Positions 1-13,329 of a DNA stretch of 64,000 nucleotides are shown in pieces (the first letter of the stretch is position 1; the number at the start of each line of letters is the position of its first letter). A model generated the notes under the pieces. That model did not search any database. It saw nothing but the letters and a program-made list of their open reading frames with translations, and had not been told where the DNA came from. Source of the stretch: Chiloscyllium plagiosum (lineage: Eukaryota); contig NC_057752.1 of NCBI RefSeq assembly GCF_004010195.1, forward strand, positions 5,837,904-5,901,903, written 5' to 3'. Made by a program: the position numbers and the translations under genes.

Positions 1-746
1 CTTAATGGTAAGGTCCTAGGGAGTGTTGCTGAACAAAGAGACGTGGAGTGCAGGTTCATAGCTCCTTGAAAGTGGAGTCGCTGGTAGATAGGATAGTGAA
101 GAAGGTGTTTGGTATGCTTTCCTTTATTGGTCAAAGTATTGAGCACAGGAGTTGGGAGATCATGTTGCAGCTGTACAGGACATTGCTTAGGCCACTGTTG
201 GAATATTGCATGTAATTCTGGTCTCCTTCCTATCGGAAAGATGTTGTGAAACTTGAAAGGGTTCAGAAAAGATTTACAAGGATGTTGTCAGTGTTGGAGG
301 ATTTGAGCTACAGGAAGAGGCTGAACAGGCTGGGGCTGTTTTCCCTGGAGTGTCAGAGGCTGAGGGGTGACCTTATAGAGGTTTATAAAATTATGAGGGG
401 CATGGATAGGACAAATAGACAAAGTCTTTTCCCTGGAGTGGGGGAATCCAGAACTAGACGGCATAGGTTTCAGGTGAGAGGGGAAAGATATAAAAGAGAC
501 CTAAGGGGCATTTTTTTCATGTGGAGGGTGGTACATGTATGGAATGAGCTGCCAGAGGAAGTGGTGGAGGCTGGTACATTTGCAATATTTAAAAGGTGTT
601 TGGATGGGTATATGAATAGGAAGGGTTTGGAGGGATATGGGCCGGGTGCTGGCAGGTGGGACTAGATTGGGTTGGGATATCTGGTCAGTATGGACGGGTT
701 GGACCGAAGGGTCTGTTTCTGTGCTGTCCATCTCTATGACTCTATG
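1..746 (+). mobile_element. CR1-clade LINE (HER1-like), 3' fragment: RT C-terminus and 3' tail
   Basis: ORF 246-665 has CR1 motifs LERVQKRFTRM, RLRGDLIEVYKIM and WNELPEEVV; ends in a (CTCTATGA)n tail; in-frame stop upstream. Confidence 0.93.
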
Positions 747-859
747 GACACTTTTCAAGGCATCGCTATTTATTTCCCCAAGTTCCCCAGCTTCCATGCC
801 CTTCTCCACAGTAAATACTGACACAAAATATTCTGGTCCATAAGGGCTGTTGCCTGTGA

Positions 860-1186
860 GGGCGGCGTGGTGGCTCAGTGGATAGCACCATGACCTCAGA
901 GCGCCAGGGACCCAGGTTCGATTCCAGCCTTGGGCAACTGTTTGTGTGGAGTTTGCACATTCTCTCCATGTTTGCGTGGATTTTCTTTGGGTGCTCCAAT
1001 TTCCTCCCACAGTCCAAAGATGTGCAAGTTAGATGAATTGGCCATGCTAAATTGCCCATAGTGTTCAGGGATGTGTAGGTTAGGTGTATTAGTCAGGGGA
1101 AATGCAGTGCAATAGGGTAGGGGAATTGGTCAGGGTGGATTTGTTGGGCCAAGTGGCCTGTTTCCACACTGTAGGGGTTCTATGAT
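860..1186 (+). mobile_element. HE1-like tRNA-derived V-SINE
   Basis: A box TGGCTCAGTGG, B box GGTTCGATTCC, V-domain GTGTGGAGTTTGCACATTCTC...CCCACAGTCCAAAGATGTGC, CR1-like tail. Confidence 0.9.
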
Positions 1187-1461
1187 TAGGTTCCCTACAG
1201 TGTCCACACCGACCCTCCGAAGAGTAACCCACCCAGACCCATTTCCCTCTGACTAATGCACCTAACACTATGGGCAATTTAGCATGGTCAACTCACCTGA
1301 CCAGCACATCTTTGGACTGTGGGAGGAAACTGGAGCACCTGGAGGAAACCCATGCAGACACGGGGAGAACGTGCAAACTCCACACAGACAGTCGCCCAAG
1401 GTTGGAATAAAAGCAGGGACACTGGTGCTGTGAGGCAGCAGTGCTGGCTCCTGAGCCACCG
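1187..1461 (-). mobile_element. HE1-like V-SINE, tail-to-tail with the previous copy
   Basis: Reverse complement of the same SINE body. Confidence 0.88.
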
Positions 1462-1523
1462 TAGATTTAGTATCTCTCCCATCTCCTGTTGTTCCACACA
1501 TAGGTGGCCTTGCTGATCTTTAA

Positions 1524-1694
1524 GGTGCGAAAGTGAGGACTGCAGATGCTGGAGATTAGCGTCGAGAGTGTGGTGCTGGAAAAGTGCAGCAGATCAGGCA
1601 GCATCCGAGGGGCAGGAGAGTCACATTTCGGGCATAAGATGAAGGGCTTTTGCCCGAAACATCGATTCTCCTGCTCCTTGGATGCTGCCTGACC
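1524..1694. mobile_element. PLE family A hairpin insertion (inverted terminal fragments)
   Basis: Inverted arms CAGCAGATCAGGCAGCATCC / GGATGCTGCCTGACCTGCTG; 13-bp TSD TGCTGATCTTTAA at 1511-1523 and 1695-1707; splits a CR1 coding stretch. Confidence 0.85.
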
Positions 1695-2589
1695 TGCTGA
1701 TCTTTAAAGGGCCCTATTCTCTCCCTCATTACCCTTTTGTCCTTAATGTATTTGTAGGATCTCTTTACATTTCCCTTAATTCTATTTGCCAAAGCTATCT
1801 CACATCTCCTTTTGGCCCTCCTGATTTCCCCCTTAAGTATACGCTTACTGTTCTTATACCCCTGTAAGGACTTGCTTTTCTTCCTTTTTTGTCCCAGGGA
1901 TGGAGACAGTGGGATTGGCAACGGACTCTTTAAGATGGAGGTGCCAACAAGGCAGCACCTGCAGCCGAAACAGGACACTTGGTGCTGAGGTGGCCTGGCC
2001 TTTACACTAACAGGAACCCTACTGTTTCTGAACTCTTGTTATCTCATTTTTGAAGGTCTCCCATTTTCCAACCATCCAGCCTCCCCCAGTCAACTTTTGA
2101 AAGTTCCTGTCTAATACCATCAAAATTGGCCTTACTCTAGTTTGGAACTTTAGCTATTAGATCAGGTCTATCCTTTTGCATAACTATTTTAAAACTAATA
2201 GAATTATGATCACTTGCCCTGCCTTATTTCCCGAGAATAGGTCACGTTTTCCTCCTTCTCTAGTAGGTACATCCACATACTGAATAAGAAATGTTTCTTG
2301 TTCACACTTAAATTCCTCTCCATCCAAGTTCTTAACACTGTGACAGTCCCAATCTATTTCTGGAAAATTTAAATCCCCTACCATACCATATCATATACAG
2401 ATATCTGATATTCTTACAGATATCTGAGATATGATTCTATGATATCCTTACATGTATGCTTCTCAATTTCCTGCTGACTATTGGTGGTGATGGTGGGGGG
2501 GGTGTCTATAGTACAGTCCCAAAAAAGGTGATCATCCTTTTCTTATTTCTCAGTTCCATCCATATCACTACAGGACACATGGAAAGCAA

Positions 2590-3063
2590 GGTCCATTTAC
2601 TCAGCAAGCAGAGTCTGTTTACTCAGCAAACATCGGAATCTATTCACTCAGCGCATGCCAAATTGATATATTTTCTCAGTAAACAGAAAATACAATCTAT
2701 TTACTCAGCAATAAGCAAACAGAGTCTATTTATTCAGAAAACACCAGATTCTATTTACTCAGCAAACAGAAAACAGAATCTATTTACTCTGCACACACCA
2801 ATGCAGGTCTATTTAATAAGAAAACAGAATCTATTCACTCAGAAAACATCAGCATCTATTTATTCAGCAAATAGAGTCTATTCAGCAAACAGAATCTACT
2901 TACTCAGCAAACAGAAACTGTTTACCCAACACACAGAAACTATTTACCCAACACACAGAAACTATTTACCCAACAAGCAGAAACTATCTACTCAGCAAAC
3001 AGAACCTATCTACTCAGCAAACAGAAACTATTTACCCCACACAAAATCTATTTACTCAGCAAA
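2590..3063. repeat. Degenerate minisatellite, unit about 22-27 bp (TCTATTTACTCAGCAAACAGAA-like)
   Basis: Many consecutive variants of TATTTACTCAGCAAAC / TATTTACCCAACACAC. Confidence 0.9.
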
Positions 3064-4382
3064 CATGTCTCACAAGCCTAATTGAGTTTTTTGAAGAGAT
3101 AACAAAGAGGATTGATGAGGGCAGAGCGGTAGATGTGATCTATATGGACTTCACAGTAAGGCATTCGACAAGGGAGACTGGGGAGCAAGGTTAGATCTCA
3201 TGGAATACAGGGAGATCTCGCCATTTGGATACAGATCTGGCTCAAAGGTAGAAGACAGAGGGTGGTGGTCGCAGAATGGACACCTGTGACCAGTGGAGTG
3301 CCACAAGGATTGGTGCTGGGTCCACTGCTTTTCATCATTTATATAAGTTATTTGGATGTGAGCATAAGAGGTATAGTTAGTAAGTTTGCTGATGACATCA
3401 AAATTGGAGGTGTAGTGGACAGTGAAGAAGGTTACCTCAGATTACTAAAAGATTTGGATGTGAGCATAAGGATATAGTTAGTAAGTTTGCTGATGACATC
3501 AAAATTGGAGGTGTAGTGGACAGTGAAGAAGGTTACCTCAGATTACAACAGAATCTTGAACAGATGGGCCAATGGGCTGAGAAGTAGCAGATGGATTTTA
3601 ATTTAGACAAATGTGAGGTGCTACATTTTGGGAAAGCAAATCTTAGCAGGACTTATACACTTAATGTTAAGGTCCTAGGGAGTGTTGCTGAACAAAGAGA
3701 CCTTGGAGTGCAGGTTCATAGCTCCTTGAAAGTGGGGTCGCAGGTTGATAGGATAGTGTGGAAGGCATTTGGTATCTTCATTTATTGGTCAGAGTATTGG
3801 GTACAGGAATTGGGAGGTCATGTTGCGGCTGTACAGGATATTGGTTAGGCTACTGTTGGAATATTGCGTGCAATTCTGGTCTCCTTCCTATCGGAAAGAT
3901 GTTGTGAAACTTGAAAGGGTTCAGAGAAGATTTACAAGGATGTTGCCAGAGTTGGAGGATTTGAGCTATAGGGAGAGGTTGAATAGGCTAGGGCTGTTTT
4001 CCCTGGAGCGTCAGAGGCTGAGGGGTGACCTCATAAATGTTTATAAAATCATGAGGGGCATGGATATGATAAATAGACAAAATCCTTTCCCTGGGGTGGG
4101 GGAGTCCAGAACTAGAGGGCATAGGTTTAAGGTGAGAGGGAAAAGATATAAAATAGACCTAAGGTGGTGCATGTATGGAATGAGCTGCCAAAGGAAGTGG
4201 TGGAGGCTGGTACAATTACAACATTTAAAAGGCGTTTGGATGGGTATATGAATAGGAAGGGTTTGGAGGGATATGGGCCAGGTGCTGGCAGGTGGGACTA
4301 GATTGAGTTGGAATATCTGGTCGGTATGGACGGGTTGGACCGAAGGGTCTGTTTCTGTGCTGTACATCTCTATGACTCTATT
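3060..4382 (+). mobile_element. CR1 LINE, RT domain through 3' tail
   Basis: SGVPQGLVLGPLLF, KFADD, KCEVLHFG, LEYCVQFWSP; CTCTATGACTCTAT tail; internal duplication of about 100 bp. Confidence 0.95.
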
Positions 4383-4739
4383 TTGCATAGAACCCCTCTC
4401 TGGTGACACCAGAATTGGGAACAAAAAGGATACTCTTGACATATCCGAATGAACATTCTCATCCCTTGCAGAAAAACCCCTTCTTAAAATTTATTTTATT
4501 TCAATATCCCAATGCATTGAGAATCCCAGCACATAGGAATGCTCACCGCTTCTAACCTCTAGCTAATTGGTTGTTGTATGATGGAAAGCTCTTTAAAATA
4601 AGCAGGTTAAGGTTTGCATTAACATAGTGGCCATGGGAACGCCTAACAAACATGTCGAATGTTTATCCATTGATAACTTTTGGTTTGAAGGTTTATGGGC
4701 ATTGATAAAACTCACAATGAAATTCACCTCAATATGTGT

Positions 4740-5300
4740 AACAACTTATATTTCTAATAGTGCCTTTAATGTAATAAAATTTCCCAGAGTTCTTCATAGA
4801 CTGGTTATTGGACAAAATGTAACTCCAAGTCAGTCACATGAGGAAACATTAGATCAGACAACTGAAGGCTTGATCAAAGAGGTTGATTTTGAGAAGTATC
4901 TTAAAGGATGAGAGAGAGGCAGTGAGGTTTAGGGAGGGAATTCTGGAACTAAGGGCCCAAGCAGCTGAAGGCACAGCCACCAATGGAGAACTGGATGCAA
5001 CAGGCCAGAATTTGGGGAGTGTAGGTAACTTGGAAGATCGTGGAGCTGCAGGAAATAAATGGAAACAGGGAGGTGGAGGTGTTGTGGGGTGGAGGGGAAC
5101 CAAGGTAATGAAGGGAATATAATACAAGGATGAGAACTTCAAGATCAAAGCATTGCCAGAACAGAAGCCAATGTAGATCAATGAGCACAAGGACCAATAG
5201 GGCAATGGGATGACAGGATTTAATATGGGCAGCAGAGTTTTTGGTGAACTCAAGTTTATGGTCTGTGTGGATAATCAAGGGCGAGGAGCATTTTGGAATA
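4740..5300 (-). mobile_element. Degenerate L2-like LINE 3' fragment
   Basis: Minus strand HPIALLVLVLIDLHWL..F and SFKILLKINLF motifs; homologous to 8830-9225, 15700-16540 and 31585-31925. Confidence 0.65.
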
Positions 5301-5517
5301 TAAAAGCATCAAACATCATCATCCATACAAGGCTCTCTGGTTCCATGACCAAGCAAGTTTTAAATGTGCATTTTTCCTCCCTGCAATCACTTAATTATAA
5401 ATAGATGGCTGATGTGCTGCACCCTACAAGTGCATCCTCAGAAGTTTCATCTAACTTCTCCTGCATGAGGTCGTGGGTTCAAGAGGAAAGTGCAATCATA
5501 GAATCATATTAAGGACA

Positions 5518-6230
5518 TGTAGTGAAATAGAAACTCAGACCAGTCAGTTTAATTTGAGTATATATCAGTCCATTCTCAACAAATTCAATTCCATGCAGTG
5601 TATCAGTGAGACATGATTTTGCAGTTAACTTTGTACTGGGGACATTTTTCAAAGGCTAATATATGTGGAGATTATAAGGCCAGTTGTTCGGCGTGTAGAG
5701 GCTATACATGAGATTTTACTCTGGCATTTTAAGATTGTTTCCTTGGTAGGCTAGAAAGAGAAAGACTTGCATTTACATAACACCATTTGAGGCAATACTG
5801 TGGCTTTAAGAGATGTATTTTTGTCCTGGTTTTTTTATGAAGAAAGGTTGAGTCAGAGGTTAAGAGCAGTCTGCTTAAAGCCAATAAATTAAAAATCTTG
5901 TGAGGACTTGTTGCTTTTTCTTTTAAAGTTGGAACAATAGAAGCAGCCTGAATGGGTGGTGTCAAGTTCCCATAGAACTAGGATTCTCAGTTTTACCTTT
6001 CAGCAGTTGCTGGGGTCTTGAAGCTGGATGTGGAAGGTGTTTGTCCTCTCTCTGTTACAACTAAAATCTGCTGCTTGAATTGCATGTGAAACAATTTTAT
6101 ACTGAATTTGCCTTTGCTAATGGTGTGTTTATTGGATATCACTATATTGGAGTAGTTAATTAGTAGTAGCTATTATATCGAGTCATAGATTCATTGTATA
6201 TTATTTTGTCAAGCATCTCGAGTTACAATT
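5518..6230. mobile_element. Possible LTR remnant
   Basis: Starts with TGT and has a composition reminiscent of LTRs; no coding or terminal support. Confidence 0.25.
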
Positions 6231-6232
6231 AA

Positions 6233-7268
6233 GAGGGGGTGGGGCTGGGGGAAGGTAGCTGAGAGTGCAATAGGTGGATGAAGGTGGGGGTGAAGGTGAT
6301 AGGTCAGAGATGAGACAGGTGGGATGGGTCATGAAGGCAGTGCTGGCAGGATAAGGTGGAGGGAGGGGAAATGAGGAAACTGGTGAAGATCACATTGATG
6401 CCCTGGGGTTGGAAGGTCCCAAGGCGGAAGATGAGGCGTTCTTCCTCCAGGCGTCGAGTGGTTAGAGAGTGGCGATGGAGGAGGCTCAGGACCTGCATGT
6501 CCTTTGCAGAGTGGGAGCGGAAGGGGAAGTTGAAGTGTTCAGCCACGGGGCAGAGGGTTTGGTTGGTGTGGGTGTCCTGGAGATGTTCTCTGAAGTACTC
6601 TGCAAGTAGGGCCTCACCTCCCACCCCCTCACCTTCGTCCAAGGCCCCAAAGGAGCCTTCCACATCCATCAGAGTTTTACCTGCACTTCCACATGTCATT
6701 TACTGTATCTGTTGCTCCCGATGCAGTCTCCTTTATATTGGGGAGACAGGATGTCTACTCGCAGACACTTCAGAGAACATCTCAGGACACCCACACCAAC
6801 TAACCCCACCGCCGCGTGGCTGAACACTTCAACTCCCCTTTCCCTCCCCTTCCGCCAAGGACATGCAGGTCCTGGGTCTCCTCCATCGCCAAACCTTAAC
6901 CACCTGACGCCTGGAGGAAGATGAGACATTCTTCCGCCTAGGGACCCTCTAACCCCACAGCATCAATGTGGATTTCACCAGTTTCCTCATTTCCCCTCCC
7001 CCCACCTTATCCCAGTTCTAACCTTCCAGCTCAGCACCGCCCTCATGACCCGTCCCACCTGTCCATCTTCCTTCCCACCTATCGGCTTCACCCTCCCTTC
7101 CGACCTGTCACCTTTACCCCCCACTTAGCTCCCAGCCTCATTCCTAACGAAGGGCTTTTGCCCAAAACGTTGATTCTCCTGCTCCTTGGATGCTGCCTGA
7201 CTTGCTGTGCTTTTCCAGCACCACACTCTTGATTCTAATCTCCAGCTTCTGCAGTCCTCACGTTTGAC
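6233..7268 (+). mobile_element. Penelope-like element family A, GIY-YIG region with inverted 5' arm
   Basis: Plus strand VIYCICCSRCSLLYIGET (GIY-YIG); 6233-6610 is an inverted copy (FREHL..PVAEHFN..RLEEERLIFRLGT); ends in the family A terminus with a decayed hammerhead at about 7140-7175. Confidence 0.88.
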
Positions 7269-7271
7269 TAG

Positions 7272-7510
7272 TTGAGGGGTGTCAGTGTTGGCTGGGACCC
7301 CATTAACAACTCCCCTGCTTTTCTTCAGAGAGTGCCAAGGGATGTTAGAAATCTGCCCGAGGGTACAGACTGGGGTGTCTGCTTAAACTAGCTCACTCAA
7401 ACAACAGCAGCTCAAATCGAGCAGGACTCCCTCAGCACTGCAATTGGATGTCAATGTGGAGTTTAGAGCCCAAAGTCTGAAGGGCTACATGAATTTGGAA
7501 CAATCTGAAT
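7272..7510 (-). mobile_element. Degenerate SacSINE1-like DeuSINE
   Basis: Reverse similarity to the Deu-domain copy at 40790-41135. Confidence 0.5.
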
Positions 7511-8829
7511 CCAACACAAGAACCTTATCAAAGTAGCTAAAGCTGACTCTGAAGGCAACAGAATTTCTTGTTAATTGAAGTCACTTACAGTGAGACAACA
7601 ACAAAATTAATGCTGGCTGCTTCGTCCTGCATAATTTAGTTGGCTGTCTGGCTTTAGTGGATACTCCATCAAGTGGAACCTGAAATAGCCATGGAATTCT
7701 AGCCACATAGAAGTCAAATCTAATCACCGGAACAGGAGACAGACAGAGAGAAAACACGACATTTGTCTGCTCCTAATTAATTTTATTTCTTTCCTTTCAT
7801 CCAAGTTGGAGTTTTCTTGTTCAATGGCTGGGCTGCAAACCTCTTCTTATGCCTTTGTCAATGAAATGCCACTGGGGAATCTCTGTCTTGATGTGGTTCT
7901 CAGTTCTTCCTCTGTATGGGGGCACACTCCTACTATGTTTGGCACACGTTCCTGGTGGTCTGCTGCCCTGATGTCTTAAAGCCAGCATCAGATATCAGCT
8001 CAAGCAAAAACTAAAGCAACTGCTAACGGCACTGACCCCTTTGGATTCTTGAGGGTCTCATTGAGTTTGAGGACCATGGGATAAAGCCAGCTACGTGGAG
8101 CAGCTTGAGGCAACAAGACCATCAATGGACTCCCTGTGCTGGCATTTTTCACTCTGCACTGCGCCTGTGGTAATTCACTGTGTGGAGAGTCCTGGCCCTG
8201 CATCCTGCCTCCTGTCATACAATGGTAAACCGCATTGGAAGTCACAAAACAAAGTAATGTTGGCTGAAAATGAAAGACAAATTTGCACATGTGCTAACGC
8301 AGAACACTAAATCAATATCTACTTTTGGCATTGTTTGCAAATGCCCTCTGAGATGAGTAATACAAAATAGAATTGGCCAACCCAAATAGGTACTCTGTCA
8401 GGTAAGGTTTCAGGTTGTACAACACACTGATAAATAATTAAGGGCAATACTGACAGAATCTGTATTTACTGTCTACTTCATTTCAATTGAGCATAATAGT
8501 GAAGAGTGTTAATAGTTGACCAGTGATTCATCATGGACCCGAAATGGAAGTAGAGAAAGTAGGAAATGCAAGTAAAAGGGAAGTTCTACTTGGTTCCAGA
8601 AAACGCCATGAACAAAAGCACCTTTTAGCATCTTCCAAACAAAGATTTGGAGGTAGACATGATTCCTGCTTAACGGTGCTGATTTATGGATCTAGGAAGT
8701 CCAGTCCTTCTTTGTTAACTGGTCAAATCTTTTGCGCCATGTATTCCAAGGGAAGGCGTGGATAGTCATCAGACACCACCTATTTTCACCCCTGATGACA
8801 TCAACCGATTTCAGCCAACTTCAGCTGAT

Positions 8830-9225
8830 CAGCTGCTGAAACCATCACCTATGCATTTGTTGCCTCCAGACTTAACTATTCTAATTAATCTCTAGCTGGT
8901 CTCCCACATATGCAAGTCCCTCCATGGCCTCATTCCCTCCCTATCTCTGGAATCTCCTCCAGCTCCACCACAACTCTTCAAGATATCTGTGCTCCTCTAA
9001 TTCTGGTATCTTGTTTAAACACTTCACCTTTGGTGGCCTTGCATTAAGCTGCTGGGGCTATAATCCCTGGCATTCTCTCCCTAAACCTCTCCTTAAGACA
9101 TCCTTAAAACCTGTCGCTTTGACCAAGTCACTTGCCCAAGTTTTGCTTGGTGTCTCATTTTGTTTTATGCTGTTCCTTGGGACATTTAGTTAAATTAGGG
9201 AGGCTTTATAAATATAATGCTGGTG
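8830..9225 (+). mobile_element. Degenerate L2-like LINE 3' fragment
   Basis: CATGGCCTC..CCTCCCTATCTCTG and ..CTCCCTAAACCTCTCC..CTTAAAACC motifs shared with the other L2 copies. Confidence 0.6.
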
Positions 9226-10689
9226 TTCACCCAGTATTTTGTTCCAGGAGTGGACAACTATCATTTCACCTTTCATACTGTTAGCAATCATGCTTATGGA
9301 GCTTCTCAATCACCAATAAAGGTAACCATGCAGTATCTGGTGAAACTTCGAGAAAATGCTAAGGCTAAACAAAGGACTCACTGATAATATTTGACCTTCT
9401 CCAGAGAGAGTCAACAACCATGTTAGTTGTACACTGCTGGCTCCAAGGATTGATCTTGATGGGCCAAATGGCCCTTTCTCATTTCATGCTTTCTTGCTTC
9501 ATTTGACAATGTTCCTACATTTTTCTTCAGGAGTACTGAAACATAATAGCTAACCTCAACATTAAATCTTCCCTCACCCCATTGCAACCAAGCACAAAAC
9601 AACACTGGAGCTAGATCTGAAATGAAAAAAAAAGTAGACCAAAGTTCTTATGAATGCATTACCTTTGCTGAAAATGTTTTAACACTCTGTTTTATCCGAT
9701 TCAAATGCCACCAATTCCCAAACCGCAATAAGTGTTCAGGCAGATGCAGTTATTCAAGTTGAGCAGTGAGATAAATCTTGCCCCACCCAAACATCAAATA
9801 AACCATTTCTGAGCACACTTCACATATAAAACCTGTTGGATTTGATACATCCCCAAGCCAGGCCTGGAGCTGCAAATTTCATTGAAAAATGACAGTCAAC
9901 TCTATTATGCTGTCTGAAAGCTGGCTGATTAAAAGTCAACCTTCAAAATCCTTTCACCCCCAGAGACAGAGGAAAATCCCTTAGCAGTAAAATTAGTAAA
10001 GAGAAATTCATGAACAACATGCTCAGGAATAAATTTATCTTGGCCAACCAGAGATAACAAGCAAAACATCACAACAACTTTGTAGTTTTTTTTATTATAA
10101 AGAGGTTAATTGTCTCACACTGAAAGATTTTGAGAGTGAATTTATTTATCTTTTTCTCTCAGAGCGAGTGTCTCTCTCCAACCTATTTTGTAAAGCAAAA
10201 AGTGCCCCTCTACTCCAGTCAAATGAATGTTGTACACTATGGAGTATGGGCAGCTAAGAGGTCACACGAGTGACCTTTCCAGGGACTCCATGCAAAGTCA
10301 CTCTGGCATTTTGACTTATTTTCCAGGATTTCCCGTCTACCCTAATCTCCAGTTCGTGCCTCTGGGCAGCTGAGATGAGGAATGGAACATGTGGACGATT
10401 CAGTTATGCCACCACTCCACATTTTGCCAACCACCACGGGGTGCATTGTTGCCTTTCCATTAGGATCACTTTGAGGAGGGATTGGGAGCAGGAAGATCTG
10501 ACGATGGGCATCATGTACATGAGCTGTTGGAAAGTTGGCCGTTTCAGTGTCCAGCTTGTGAACATCCCCACTGTCCTTCCCACTCTGCCCTCCACCTGTG
10601 ACACTGTGTATCACCCAGGCAGTGAAGACAATGACCTAGTCTGTATTGCCACTCTACTCACCTCTTCAAATACATCATGTTTTTCATCA

Positions 10690-11006
10690 TTAGATTCCCT
10701 ACAGTATGGAAACAGGCCCTTCAGCCCAACAAGTCCACACTGACCCTCCGAAGAGTAACTCACCCAGACCCATTCCCCTCCCCTATATTTACCCCTGATT
10801 AATGCTCCTAACACTATGGGCAATTTAGCATGGCCAATTCACCTGACCTGCACATCTTTGGATTGTGAGAGGAAACTGGAGCACCCAGAGGAAACCCACG
10901 CAGACAAGGGGAGAAAGTGCAAACTCCACAAAGACAGTCACCCGAGGCAGGAATCGAACCCGGGTCCCTGGCACTGTGAGGCTGCAGTGCTAACCACTGT
11001 GCCACC
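10690..11006 (-). mobile_element. HE1-like V-SINE
   Basis: Full-length reverse copy with A/B boxes and V-domain. Confidence 0.92.
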
Positions 11007-11169
11007 CCTTTAATATTTTTTAAAAAACATTATTGGAAATAGTGCCACAAATAATCAGCTTTGGAAAGAAGTGACCCCAATGGAATTGAACATTGGATGG
11101 CCTATCTGTTGGAATTAATCTTAATTATGTCTTTCTCATAAGAAAATAACAGCATATATATTCTTTTGT

Positions 11170-11500
11170 TCTCAGGATTTGGGCATCACTGCCTGGGCCA
11201 GCATTCATGGCCCATCCATAATTGCCCAAAGGGAGTCAACCACATTGATGTGTGTTTGGAGTCACATGAAGGCCAGGTCAGGTAAGGACAGCAGACTAAA
11301 GGTCATTAGTGAAGCAAGTGGGAGGTTTTACAGCAATTAACAATGGTTACGTGGTCACCATTGCACCAACTCTTTATTCCAGTTTTTTTTTACTGAATTA
11401 AAATTACACCATCTGCCACAGTGGGATTCAAACCAATGTCCCCAGAACATTGACCTCTGGATCTAGATTACTAGCCCAATGACTTTACCACAGTGGAAGC
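11170..11500 (-). mobile_element. tRNA-derived SINE, second family (tail GGGATGGGCAATAAATGCTGG)
   Basis: Reverse-homologous to 31010-31345. Confidence 0.7.
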
Positions 11501-11584
11501 ATCTATCACTCTGGGTAGGGTCTGCCCTGTATCACTTAATTAACACCAAAAACAGGCTTTCTGGCCATTTTTCACCTTGCTGTT

Positions 11585-13030
11585 AGAAACATAGAAAATA
11601 GGAGCAGAATTAGGCCATTCATGCAGGCCATCCACCTGCTGATTATCCGACTCACCAGCCTGTTCCTGCTGTTCACCCATATTCCTCTAATCCTTTTCGC
11701 CCCAAGTGCCTTATCCAATTCCGTCTTGAAATCATTGAAGGTTTTAGCCTCAACCACTTTCTGTGACAGAGAATTCCACAGGGTCCCCACTCTCTGGGTG
11801 AAGATATTTCTCCTCATCTCAGTCCAGAATGGTTTACTCTGTATCTTTCGACTGTGACCCCTGATTCTGGACTCCCTGGTCATCGAGAATGTACTTCCAG
11901 CATTTATCCTGGATGGTTCCATTGGAATTCCAAAGGTTTCCATGAGATTCCCCACCGTCCCTCATTTGACTAAACTTGGGCAAGTATAGTCCTAATCAAT
12001 TCAACCTCACCTCATACATCAGTTCCTCCTTCCTCAGGACACAGTCTGATAAGCCTTTTTGCATGTCTCTATCACAAGAACATCCTTCCTCAGATAAAGA
12101 AACCAAAACCTCTTTATTCCTGCTCTTTATTTCTAGCCTGCCAATCAGTTTTCTATCCATTTCCACATACTATCCCCAATCCCACAGGCTTTAATTTTAC
12201 ATGCTAATTTCTTATGTAGGACTTATGTCAAAAGCCTTCTGAAAATCCAAGTAAAATACATCCACTGGCTTTCCCTCATCAATTCTACCAGTTACATCCT
12301 TGAAGAATTCCAGTAGATCTGTCAAGCATGATTTCCCTTTTGTAAATCCATGCTGGCTATGTCTGATCCTGTTTTCCAAGTGCTCTGCTATTAAATCTTT
12401 TATAATTGACTCGAACTTCATCCCCATTACTGACGTCAGGTTGACTGGTCTCTAATTTGCTGCTTTTTTTCCCTCTCTTTCCCTTTTTAAACAGTGGGGT
12501 TCCATTAGCTACCCTCCAATCCATAGCAACTGTTGAAAGATGTCCCCAGATGCACCCACTATTTCTAGGGCCACTTCCTTAAGAATTCTAATGCAGATTA
12601 TCAGGCCCTGGGGATGGGGATTTATTGGACTCCAATCCCATCAATGTCCCCAACACCATTTCCCATGAAACCGTGTTCCCCAATATTTCTGACACATTAT
12701 TTGTGTATTCCTTTGTGAACATGGAACCAAAGTACATATTAGTCAGTCAGACATTTCTTTGTTCCTCATTATAAATGCCCCTCTTTCTGACCATATAGGA
12801 CTTCGATTTGTCTTCAGTGTATTTTTGTATCTCCTCACATATTCATAGAAAATTTTACAATCAGTTTTTATATTATCAACTAGCTCACTTCTATTCTATT
12901 CTAAATATTCTATTTTCTCTTTCTTAATCGATTCCTTTGTCTTCCTTTGCTGAATTCTAAACTGCTCGCACTCCTCAGGTCTGCTGTTTGTCTCTGGCCA
13001 ATGTATATGCCTCTTCCTTGGATCTAATGC
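11585..13030 (-). mobile_element. CR1 LINE with internal deletions
   Basis: SQHGFTKGKSCLTDLLEFF..DVFYLDFQKAFD; FTQRVGTLWNSL; (TTCTATG) tail. Confidence 0.9.
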
Positions 13031-13329
13031 GATCTGTACGAGCTTGCTGTGCACGAGTTAGCTGCTGTATTTCCTATGTCACAACAGTGACCACACTTCC
13101 CCTTTGGGACATTTGCTTATACTGTGTGGAAGGCAACAATGACTTTATCCCCATTGGTCAGGTTTTCATGTTGAGCTCACCAACTGTTGTGGAAGCTGAA
13201 ATTTGGATAAGCCAGAGCTAACATGAGAGTTCGAACCATTTCATACAACCATCTCCCTTGCACACACACTAGGATCCCAGTTAAAAATCACACAACACCA
13301 GGTTATAGTCCAACAGGTTTAATTGGAAG

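Larger units (their letters stand above)
747..2565 (-). mobile_element. Fragmented CR1 LINE (endonuclease/linker region) interrupted by SINEs and a PLE hairpin
   Basis: Colinear minus-strand pieces: VGDLNFPEIDW (2184-2384), EIRRAKRRCEIALANRIK..GPFKDQQ (1700-1875), VEQQEMGEILN (1465-1523), EYFVSVFTVEK (747-833). Confidence 0.85.

Noticed and set aside
860..930. tRNA genes here and at the other SINE heads
   Set aside because: A/B boxes run into SINE bodies without a complete cloverleaf
2590..3063. CRISPR-like array
   Set aside because: Repeats are degenerate and contiguous, with no unique spacers and no cas genes; the context is eukaryotic
2456..3085. 209-aa ORF with IYSAN repeats
   Set aside because: Translation of the minisatellite plus CR1 flank; no protein family signature
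3350..3546. Direct repeat of about 100 bp as an LTR or TSD
   Set aside because: Simple internal tandem duplication within the CR1 RT region
10327..10690. Open frame after an acceptor-like TTTTCCAG
   Set aside because: No recognisable protein, no clear donor, and it runs into a SINE
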